Both the position numbers and the translations under genes were made by a program. Below, piece after piece: positions 8,007 to 14,745 of a DNA stretch of 14,745 nt (position 1 is its first letter; each line of letters begins with the position of its first letter). A model generated the notes under the pieces. It saw nothing but the letters and a program-made list of their open reading frames with translations. It was not told the DNA's origin and searched no databases. The DNA lies in assembly GCA_031370785.1 (NCBI GenBank), contig JANMQY010000012.1, forward strand, positions 1 to 14,745, read 5' to 3'. The stretch is from Candidatus Eiseniibacteriota bacterium (lineage in GTDB: Bacteria > Eisenbacteria > RBG-16-71-46).

Positions 8007-8025
8007 CCTGCCTCGCCGCCGATAA
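7998..8025 (+). promoter_or_regulatory. Candidate sigma28 (FliA/SigD/WhiG-type) promoter for the hybrid kinase
   Basis: TAAT (7998-8001)-N16-GCCGATAA (8018-8025). The 8-nt -10 box is perfect and the -35 matches TAAA at 3/4. Confidence 0.6.
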
Positions 8026-8156
8026 CGAGTGGGTCTCATTGCGTCGCGGCCTCGCCGCGTCGCAAATGGGTATCGGAGCGCGCCGCCACCCCGCATCCCG
8101 CTGTCCCTCGCATCGGGCGCGAACCACAGGCCGCTGGTTCATGGGGAATTCCAAGG

Positions 8157-11100
8157 ATGGCACGTCCCTTCCACGCGTTGGTACGCACGTGGCGGGCGCG
8201 GTTCTTCTCCGCGCCTCGACCCGGCTTCCTCGCTCCCGGCCTCACCATTGCCTGGGCCGTGCTGCTGATCGCCCTGCTCGCGGCCGCGTGGACCTGGCGC
8301 ATCGCGGAAATCCGCGCCCATGCCGAAACCCGCGCGCGCTTCGATCAGGAAGCCGAGCGCACGCGGGCGGTGATTCTCGAGCGCATGAGTCGCTACGGAA
8401 ACGTGCTGCTCGGAGCCCGGGGGTTCTACGGCGCGAGTCATTCGGTCGAGCGCATCGAGTGGAAGGCGTACACCCAGAACCTCTCACTCGAGCAGAACTA
8501 TCCGGGCCTGGTCGCGCTCGGGTACGTCGCCAATGTGCCGCCCGGGGACCAGGCCGGGTTCGAATCCCGGACCCGCGCAGATGGCGCGCCGGGCTTCCGA
8601 ATGAAGCCGCCCGGCGCCCGCGATGGCTATCAGGTCGTCACGCTGATGGAGCCGGCTTCCCTCAACGCCGATCTGATCGGGCTGGACTTGGGCGTCCGGC
8701 CGGACGTGCGCAAGGTGCTCGACCGCTCCCGCGATCACAATCAGCTGCGCCTCAGCGGCGAGCTGAACCTCCGCCCGCACGCGCGCGGCGCGGCGGTAGT
8801 GGCGTTCTGCCTTCCGATTTATCGCAACGGCGCGACTCACACCACGCGCGCGGAGAATCGCGCCGCGGCGGTCGGATGGGTCGTGGCCCTCATCGACCTG
8901 CGGGCGATGATGAACGATCTCGGGAGCACGATGCCTTCAAATCTTGACTGCTCGATCTACGATGGATCGGAGGTCGATGCCTCGAAGGTGCTCTACCGCG
9001 CCTCTCTGCGCTCCGACGCCGGGAGCCTCGGGAAGTCCGGGATCTCGGCCACCGCCAGTAGCACCATTGGAAATCGTCTGTGGACCATCTTCGTCTCCCC
9101 ACAGGCGGGGTTCGAAGGGATGATGGATCGCAGCCGGCCGCTGCTCGTGCTGGCGCTCGGGGTGATCTGCGCGCTGCTGCTGTTCGGGATGGTGTGGTCG
9201 CTCGCCACCGCGCGGGTGCGCGCGATCGCCCTGGCCGACCGCATGACCGCTTCGCTGCGCGAACGCGAGGCGGAGGCTGCCAAGCTCGCGCTGGTCGCGA
9301 GCCGGACCGACAACGGGGTTCTCATCCTTGATGGGCGCGGCCGAATCGAGTGGGTCAACGACGGCTTCACTCGCATCACCGGGACCGAGCTCGACGATTC
9401 GGTGGGCCGGAGCCTCGATGAAGTCCTGACCGATTCCGAGACCCATGCCAAGACCGTCCTCGGCATCCAGGCCAGCATCGAGCGCGGCCATGCTTTCGAC
9501 GGCGACATCCTCATGCGCCCCGAGTGCGGCGACTCGGCTTGGCTCGCGCTCCAGATCCAGCCGATCGTGGACAGCGGGCATTCGGTGACACGCTTCATCG
9601 TGCTGGTGCGCGACATCACCGAGCGCAAGCGCGCCGAGCAGGAAATGGAGCGGGTGAAGGAGGAGGCGCTCGCCGCTTCGCGCATCAAATCCGAGTTCCT
9701 CGCGAACATGAGCCACGAGATCCGCACCCCGATGAACGGCGTGATCGGCATGACCGACCTGCTGCTCGACACCGATCTGACCACCGAGCAGCGGCAATTC
9801 GCGGAGATGACCCGCACCAGCGCAGACGGCCTGCTGACGATCATCAATGACATCCTCGACTTCTCGAAGATCGAAGCGGGCCGGCTCGACCTCGAGCGCA
9901 TCACCTTCAGCCTGCGCGACAACCTGCGCGATACGCTCAAGCCGCTCGGGTTCCGCGCGCACCAGAAGGGGCTGGAGCTGGCGATGGACATCGCGGCCGA
10001 CGTCCCGGACGCGGTGACCGGGGACCCGAGCCGTTTGCGCCAGGTGGTGATCAATCTGGTCGGGAACGCGATCAAGTTCACGAACCGCGGCGAGGTCGTG
10101 GTCCGGGTCTCCTGCGAATCAGAGACGGCGGATGAGACCACGCTGCTGGTCGAGATCCGGGACACCGGAATCGGCATTCCCCAGGACAAGCAGGCGATGA
10201 TCTTCGACGCCTTCTCTCAGGCCGATGGCTCGATGACCCGGCGCTACGGCGGAACCGGACTCGGCCTCGCGATCTCATCCAGCCTGGTGCGCATGATGGG
10301 CGGGCAGATCCGGGTGGAGAGCGAACCCGGGCAGGGGAGCCGCTTCATGTTCACCGCGCGCCTCGGTGTCGCCGAGCGCGTCGTGAGGCCCGTCGTGCCG
10401 GCCGGCTACGCGACGCTGCGCGGGCTGCCGGTGCTGGTCGTGGATGACAACCACACCAACCGGCACATCCTGCACGAGCTGCTCAAGGGCTGGGACATGG
10501 AATCCACGCTCGAGGAGCATGGAGTCGATGCGATCACGACGCTTCAGCTCGCCGCGGATCAGGGCGAGCCGTACGCGCTGGTCATTCTCGACATGCAGAT
10601 GCCGGGCATGGACGGGTTCTCGGTCGTCCAGCGCATGCGCGAGGATGCGCGCACTCGCGACACCGTCGTGATCATCCTGACTTCATCGGGCCTGCTCGGC
10701 GATGCGGCGCGGTGCCGCGACCTGGGCGTGGCCGGCTACCTGACCAAGCCCGTGACCGCTTCGGATCTGCTCGACAGCATCCAGCACGTGCTCGGCCACC
10801 GGGTCGATCCCGACGCGCCGCATCTGGTGACGCGTCATTCGCTGCGCGAGAGCCGCACGCGTCTGAAGGTGCTGCTTGCCGAGGACAATCCGGTCAACGC
10901 CACGGTCGCCACTCGCGTGCTCGAGAAGCGCGGGCACAGCGTGGTGGCTGTCGACAACGGCGAAAAAGCGCTGGCGGAGTTCCAGAGCGAGGAGTTCGAT
11001 CTGGTGCTGCTCGACGTGCAGATGCCGGTCATGGACGGTCTCGAGACCGCGACCCGCATCCGAAAGCTCGAGAAGGAGTCGGGCGGTCACGTTCCGATCA

Positions 11101-11696
11101 TCGCGATCACCGCGCACGCCATGAAGGGGGATCGCGAACGCTGCCTCGCCGCGGGAATGGATGGCTACCTTTCCAAGCCGATCCAGCCCGGCGAGCTGCT
11201 GGATCTGCTGGATCAGCTGACGGGCGGGCAGACGGTCGCGCCACCGGCCGCAGAGAAGCCGAGGAAGGTGGAGCCCGCGATCGCCCGCGAAGCGGCGCCG
11301 GACAGGACCGGGTCCGCGATCGCCCGCGAAGCGATGCCGGACAGGACCGAGTCCGTGATCGATCGCGAGGCGATGCTCAAACGCCTCTACGGCGACAAGG
11401 ATCTTCTCGAAGAGCTGTGCGTCCTGTTCAAGGCCGAAGTGCCGCCGATGCTGGAGCGTCTGCGTGAAGCGGTCGCGAGCGGCGACATGAGCGCCACGAA
11501 CAAGCTCGCGCACAAGCTCAAGGGCGGGTTGCTGAACTTCGCGGCCGAGCCGTCGGTGCGCGCGGCGCGAGCCCTCGAGGCGGCGGGGCGCGAGAACGAT
11601 CCGACACGCGCGGCCGAAGGCTTCAAGACGCTCAAGATCGAGATCGAGCGCCTGGGCAACGAACTCGACGATTTCGAGCAACCGCGCGCGGCGTGA
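8157..11696 (+). CDS. Hybrid sensor histidine kinase: TM-CHASE-TM-PAS-HisKA-HATPase-REC-REC-Hpt
   Basis: CHASE-like periplasmic region ([27 protein letters not shown]), PAS ([15 protein letters not shown]...RDITERK), H-box [17 protein letters not shown]-box [23 protein letters not shown], two REC domains (ILDMQMP, LLDVQMP, each with KP) and Hpt LAHKLKGG. Confidence 0.96.
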   Translation: MARPFHALVRTWRARFFSAPRPGFLAPGLTIAWAVLLIALLAAAWTWRIAEIRAHAETRARFDQEAERTRAVILERMSRYGNVLLGARGFYGASHSVERIEWKAYTQNLSLEQNYPGLVALGYVANVPPGDQAGFESRTRADGAPGFRMKPPGARDGYQVVTLMEPASLNADLIGLDLGVRPDVRKVLDRSRDHNQLRLSGELNLRPHARGAAVVAFCLPIYRNGATHTTRAENRAAAVGWVVALIDLRAMMNDLGSTMPSNLDCSIYDGSEVDASKVLYRASLRSDAGSLGKSGISATASSTIGNRLWTIFVSPQAGFEGMMDRSRPLLVLALGVICALLLFGMVWSLATARVRAIALADRMTASLREREAEAAKLALVASRTDNGVLILDGRGRIEWVNDGFTRITGTELDDSVGRSLDEVLTDSETHAKTVLGIQASIERGHAFDGDILMRPECGDSAWLALQIQPIVDSGHSVTRFIVLVRDITERKRAEQEMERVKEEALAASRIKSEFLANMSHEIRTPMNGVIGMTDLLLDTDLTTEQRQFAEMTRTSADGLLTIINDILDFSKIEAGRLDLERITFSLRDNLRDTLKPLGFRAHQKGLELAMDIAADVPDAVTGDPSRLRQVVINLVGNAIKFTNRGEVVVRVSCESETADETTLLVEIRDTGIGIPQDKQAMIFDAFSQADGSMTRRYGGTGLGLAISSSLVRMMGGQIRVESEPGQGSRFMFTARLGVAERVVRPVVPAGYATLRGLPVLVVDDNHTNRHILHELLKGWDMESTLEEHGVDAITTLQLAADQGEPYALVILDMQMPGMDGFSVVQRMREDARTRDTVVIILTSSGLLGDAARCRDLGVAGYLTKPVTASDLLDSIQHVLGHRVDPDAPHLVTRHSLRESRTRLKVLLAEDNPVNATVATRVLEKRGHSVVAVDNGEKALAEFQSEEFDLVLLDVQMPVMDGLETATRIRKLEKESGGHVPIIAITAHAMKGDRERCLAAGMDGYLSKPIQPGELLDLLDQLTGGQTVAPPAAEKPRKVEPAIAREAAPDRTGSAIAREAMPDRTESVIDREAMLKRLYGDKDLLEELCVLFKAEVPPMLERLREAVASGDMSATNKLAHKLKGGLLNFAAEPSVRAARALEAAGRENDPTRAAEGFKTLKIEIERLGNELDDFEQPRAA
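11275..11376 (+). repeat. In-frame 39-bp (13-aa) tandem repeat, ~2.6 copies, in the REC2-Hpt linker
   Basis: Units start at 11275, 11314 and 11353 (ccgcgatcgcccgcgaagcg...ccggacaggaccg). Protein reads [13 protein letters not shown] / [13 protein letters not shown] / VIDREAML. Confidence 0.9.
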
Positions 11697-11715
11697 GGCG
11701 AGGCGACGGAGCAGC

Positions 11716-11760
11716 GGAATGCCGCGCCTGCCAGGCTGCGGACACTGGCGGGCCCATTCC
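11716..11760 (+). terminator. Imperfect long hairpin downstream of the kinase gene (possible 3'-end structure, no U-tract)
   Basis: GGAATG (11716-11721)/CATTCC (11755-11760) encloses GCCTGCCAG (11726-11734)/CTGGCGGGC (11745-11753), with one G-U pair. Confidence 0.35.
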
Positions 11761-11769
11761 ACTCGACCC

Positions 11770-11798
11770 TTGCCAAGCTGAAAACGAACGCTCAGACT
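11770..11798 (+). promoter_or_regulatory. Candidate sigma70-type promoter for the repeat protein gene
   Basis: TTGCCA-N17-CAGACT with an A-rich spacer, about 100 nt upstream of ATG 11899. Confidence 0.45.
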
Positions 11799-11898
11799 CA
11801 TCGCTCCTCAGACCGCATCGGGTGGGACGTGCATCGGGGATCCTCTCCTGCCCGGCGTTCCTGGCACCCTCTTCGCGGCCGAAGGGTGGAGGTCCGCG

Positions 11899-13599
11899 AT
11901 GTCAGGTGCGAGAAGGCTGGTCCTGCTTCCCATCGTCCTCGCAACTCTCGGCTCTGTAGCTCCAGCGGCATGGGCGGCGTGGCCGAGCGACCCCAACGTC
12001 AACGTGCCGCTCTGTACCGCCACCAACTTCCAGTTCAACCCCATGATCGCATCGGACGGCGCGGGTGGGGCGATCGTCACCTGGGTCGACCGCACTAGCT
12101 ACGACATCTACGTCCAACGTGTGAACGCCGCCGGGGTGCCGCAATGGACCGCCAACGGCGTGGCGCTCTGCACCGCTGCCAACGAGCAGTCCACCCCCAC
12201 GATTGCATCGGACGGCGCGGGCGGCGCGATCGTCACCTGGCAGGACAACCGCAGCGGCACGAACAACGACATCTATGCCCAGCGCGTGAACGCGGCCGGG
12301 GTGCCGCAGTGGACCGCCGACGGCGTGGCGCTCTGCACCGCCGCCAACTTTCAGTACAACCCCACGATTGCATCGGACGGTGCGGGCGGCGCCATCGTCA
12401 CCTGGCAGGACCAACGCGTCCCCGACTACCACATCTATGCTCAGCGGGTGAACGCGGCGGGGGTGCCGCAGTGGACCGCCGACGGCGTGGCGCTCTGCAC
12501 CGCAGCCATCGGCCAGCGGGGCCCCACAATCGTATCGGACCTGGAGGGCGGGGCGGTCGTCACCTGGCGGGACTACCGCAGCACCACCGGCGCCGATATC
12601 TACGCCCAGCGGGTGAACCCGGCGGGGGTGCCACAGTGGACCGCCAACGGTGTGGCGCTCTGCACCGCCGCGAGCAACCAGTACAACCCCACGATCGCAT
12701 CGGACGGCACGGGCGGGGCGATCGTCACCTGGGAGGACTTCCGCAGCGGCACGTACTACGACATCTACGCTCAGCGGGTGAACGCGGCGGGAGTGCCGCA
12801 GTGGCTCGCCAACGGTGTGGCGCTCTGTACTGCGGCGAACAACCAGCAGCTCCCCACGATCGCATCGGACGGCGCGGGCGGCGCGTTCGTCACCTGGTAC
12901 GACATCCGCACCGGAACCAACTACGACATCTATACCCAGCGGGTGAGCGCGGCGGGCGTGCCGCAATGGACCGCCGATGGTTTGGAGCTTTGCACTTCCG
13001 CCAACGAGCAGTCCCACCCCACGATCGCATCGGACGGCACGGGCGGGGCGATCGTCACCTGGCAGGATTACCGCGACGGCATCACTGACATCTACGCCCA
13101 GCGCGTGAACGCGGCGGGAGTGCCGCAGTGGACCGGCAACGGCGTGGTTCTCTGCAGCGCCGCCAGCGCCCAGTACAACCCCACGATCACATCGGACGGC
13201 GCGGGCGGGGCGATCGTCACCTGGGAGGACTTCCGCGGCGGCACGTACTACGACATCTACGCGCAGAATGTGAATCCCGACGGGACGCTCGGTGGAACCG
13301 TCGTATCGGTCCCGCCCTTGTCCATCGCGACGAGCTTCGCGTTACACAGCGTTCAGCCCAACCCCAGTTTCGGCGAGTTCCGCGTCTCTTTCTCATTGGT
13401 GGACGGCACGCCGGCGATGCTGGAACTGTATGACCTCACAGGACGCCGCATCGAGTCGCAATCGGTCGGCGGTTTCGGTCCCGGAACGCACGTCACGTCG
13501 CTGACGCCGCGCGTGGCCTCGTTGCCTCCGGGGATCTACTGCGTGAGCCTCACGCAGGGCAGTCACCGCGCGCTCAGCAAGGTTGCCATCGTGCGATAG
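11899..13599 (+). CDS. Secreted repeat protein (eight 54-55-aa repeats, probable beta-propeller) with a T9SS/Por-type C-terminal sorting-like domain
   Basis: RBS GGAGG at 11888-11892 and a signal peptide ending AWA. Eight repeats with consensus WTANGVALCTAxxxQxxPTIASDGAGGAIVTWxDxRxxxxxDIYAQRVNAAGVPQ. The C-terminal ~95 aa read PNP..F.L....LELYDLTGRR...G.H...LPPGIY.V.L...K..VR. Confidence 0.92.
   Translation: MSGARRLVLLPIVLATLGSVAPAAWAAWPSDPNVNVPLCTATNFQFNPMIASDGAGGAIVTWVDRTSYDIYVQRVNAAGVPQWTANGVALCTAANEQSTPTIASDGAGGAIVTWQDNRSGTNNDIYAQRVNAAGVPQWTADGVALCTAANFQYNPTIASDGAGGAIVTWQDQRVPDYHIYAQRVNAAGVPQWTADGVALCTAAIGQRGPTIVSDLEGGAVVTWRDYRSTTGADIYAQRVNPAGVPQWTANGVALCTAASNQYNPTIASDGTGGAIVTWEDFRSGTYYDIYAQRVNAAGVPQWLANGVALCTAANNQQLPTIASDGAGGAFVTWYDIRTGTNYDIYTQRVSAAGVPQWTADGLELCTSANEQSHPTIASDGTGGAIVTWQDYRDGITDIYAQRVNAAGVPQWTGNGVVLCSAASAQYNPTITSDGAGGAIVTWEDFRGGTYYDIYAQNVNPDGTLGGTVVSVPPLSIATSFALHSVQPNPSFGEFRVSFSLVDGTPAMLELYDLTGRRIESQSVGGFGPGTHVTSLTPRVASLPPGIYCVSLTQGSHRALSKVAIVR
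11980..13290 (+). repeat. Eight tandem in-frame 162-165 bp repeats
   Basis: Trp codons starting each unit are at 11980, 12145, 12310, 12472, 12637, 12802, 12967 and 13129 (spacings 165, 165, 162, 165, 165, 165, 162). Nucleotide identity between units is high. Confidence 0.97.
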
Positions 13600-13623
13600 T
13601 GCTTTGCGCCTGAAGTGAGTGGG

Positions 13624-13655
13624 GGGACGAGGCGCCAGGTGCCTCGCCCTGTATT
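13624..13655 (+). terminator. Possible intrinsic terminator after the repeat protein gene
   Basis: GGG-A-CGAGGCGC-CAG-GTGCCTCG-CCC hairpin (one G-U, one bulge) followed by a weak TGTATT tail. Confidence 0.5.
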
Positions 13656-13658
13656 AGG

Positions 13659-13667
13659 TGCTAGATT
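13659..13667 (+). promoter_or_regulatory. Candidate extended -10 promoter element for acnA
   Basis: TG-c-TAGATT ends 82 nt upstream of ATG 13750 and would place the TSS near 13674. Confidence 0.5.
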
Positions 13668-13674
13668 CCCAGTC

Positions 13675-13745
13675 GTTCCCGGGGACCCTGTGTGTCCCCC
13701 TTTCTCAACCGAGGGCCCTGTGTGCCCTCGCCACTGGAAAGGAAC
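13675..13745 (+). promoter_or_regulatory. Structured acnA 5' leader: two hairpins with identical CCTGTGT loops plus SD-pairing segments
   Basis: GGGGAC-CCTGTGT-GTCCCC (13681-13699) and CGAGGGC-CCTGTGT-GCCCTCG (13710-13730). CTTTC (13700-13704) is complementary to GAAAG (13737-13741), and GTTC (13675-13678) to GAAC (13742-13745). Confidence 0.7.
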
Positions 13746-13749
13746 CGTC

Positions 13750-14745
13750 ATGAACGCCTCCCGCCTGAACGATCCGTTCGGCGCGCGCGCCGCGCTCGCC
13801 ACTCCCGCCGGCAACCTCACCATCTACCGCCTCGACCGACTCGCCTCTTCGCTCGGCGTCTCGCTCGACTCGATTCCGTTCTCGATCCGTGTCCTGCTCG
13901 AGTCCGCGCTACGCAACTGCGACGGCTATCAGGTGAGCGAGGACGACGTGAAGCGGCTCGCGCGATGGAGCCCCACCGCCGAAGACATCGAAATCCCGTT
14001 CAAGCCCGCGCGCGTGATCCTCCAGGACTTCACCGGCGTCCCGTGCGTCGTGGATCTCGCCGCGATGCGTGACGCAGTCAAGCGCCTGGGCGCGGATCCC
14101 GCGAAGATCAATCCGCTGGTGCCGGTCGACCTCGTGATCGATCACTCGGTCCAGGTCGACCTGTTCGGCAGCGGGCTCGCGCTTGAAAAGAACGCCGAGA
14201 TCGAATTCGAGCGCAATCGCGAGCGGTACGAGTTCCTGCGCTGGGGGCAGAAGGCATTCCGGAACTTCCGCGTGGTTCCGCCCGCGACCGGCATCGTGCA
14301 TCAGGTGAACCTCGAGTATCTCGCGCAGGGCGTGATGACCGCGACCATCGGCGGCGAGAAGCTGGCATTCCCCGACTCGCTGGTGGGGACCGACTCGCAC
14401 ACCACCATGATCAACGGGCTGGGCGTGGTCGGATGGGGCGTCGGCGGTATCGAGGCCGAAGCGGTGATGCTTGGCCAGCCGCTGTTCATGGTCATGCCGC
14501 AGGTGGTCGGCTTCAAGTTGACCGGCACGCTGCGCGACGGCGTGACCGCGACCGACCTGGTGCTCACGGTCACGCAGATGCTGCGCAAACGGGGAGTGGT
14601 CGATAAGTTCGTCGAGTTCTATGGGCCGGGCCTCTCGGCGATGTCGGTCGCCGACCGAGCGACCATCGCGAACATGTCGCCCGAGTACGGCGCGACCATG
14701 GGCTACTTCCCGGTCGACGACGAAACGCTGCGCTATCTGGAGCGC
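13750..14745 (+). CDS. acnA: Aconitate hydratase A (AcnA/IRP family), 3'-truncated, absent from the ORF track because it runs off the window
   Basis: Manual translation from ATG 13750 (RBS AAAGGA at 13738-13743): [16 protein letters not shown]...[15 protein letters not shown]...[26 protein letters not shown]...[12 protein letters not shown]...[12 protein letters not shown]...[27 protein letters not shown]...[15 protein letters not shown]. The frame is open to base 14745. Confidence 0.98.
   Translation, partial: MNASRLNDPFGARAALATPAGNLTIYRLDRLASSLGVSLDSIPFSIRVLLESALRNCDGYQVSEDDVKRLARWSPTAEDIEIPFKPARVILQDFTGVPCVVDLAAMRDAVKRLGADPAKINPLVPVDLVIDHSVQVDLFGSGLALEKNAEIEFERNRERYEFLRWGQKAFRNFRVVPPATGIVHQVNLEYLAQGVMTATIGGEKLAFPDSLVGTDSHTTMINGLGVVGWGVGGIEAEAVMLGQPLFMVMPQVVGFKLTGTLRDGVTATDLVLTVTQMLRKRGVVDKFVEFYGPGLSAMSVADRATIANMSPEYGATMGYFPVDDETLRYLER

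Noticed and set aside
11980..13290. CRISPR-like constant/variable periodicity
   Set aside because: The period is 162-165 bp, in frame, with synonymous third-position variation. It is a protein-coding repeat.
527..14588. Many long antisense and alternate-frame ORFs (e.g. 2137-3438, 3813-5240, 5726-6988, 8993-10189, 10683-11801, 11902-13017, 13692-14072)
   Set aside because: They overlap confidently identified genes, show no recognisable motifs, and are the expected stop-poor shadow frames of GC-rich coding DNA.

Overview
GC-rich bacterial chromosomal window (roughly 69-70% GC by eye) with ten protein-coding genes and no rRNA, tRNA, CRISPR array or mobile element. In order: a 5'-truncated LytTR-family response regulator, a long-chain chromate transporter (chrA) with an N-terminal extension, a small hydrophobic protein on the minus strand, a tightly coupled four-gene run (CDGSH Fe-S protein, SURF1-family protein, DUF885 putative metallopeptidase, secreted S9A prolyl oligopeptidase), a CHASE-PAS-HisKA-HATPase-REC-REC-Hpt hybrid kinase, a secreted eight-repeat (probable beta-propeller) protein with a T9SS/Por-like C-terminal sorting domain, and a 3'-truncated aconitase (acnA) missing from the ORF track. 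The sorting domain plus high GC suggests an FCB-group lineage such as Ca. Eisenbacteria (inference only). Three features stand out. (1) Two tandem hairpins in the acnA leader have identical CCUGUGU loops and covarying stems, and flanking pairings bury the Shine-Dalgarno; this resembles an IRE-like autoregulatory element. (2) An array of three covarying palindromes lies in the 2553-2931 divergent intergenic region. (3) The repeat protein has a near-constant scaffold with two hypervariable loops per repeat.
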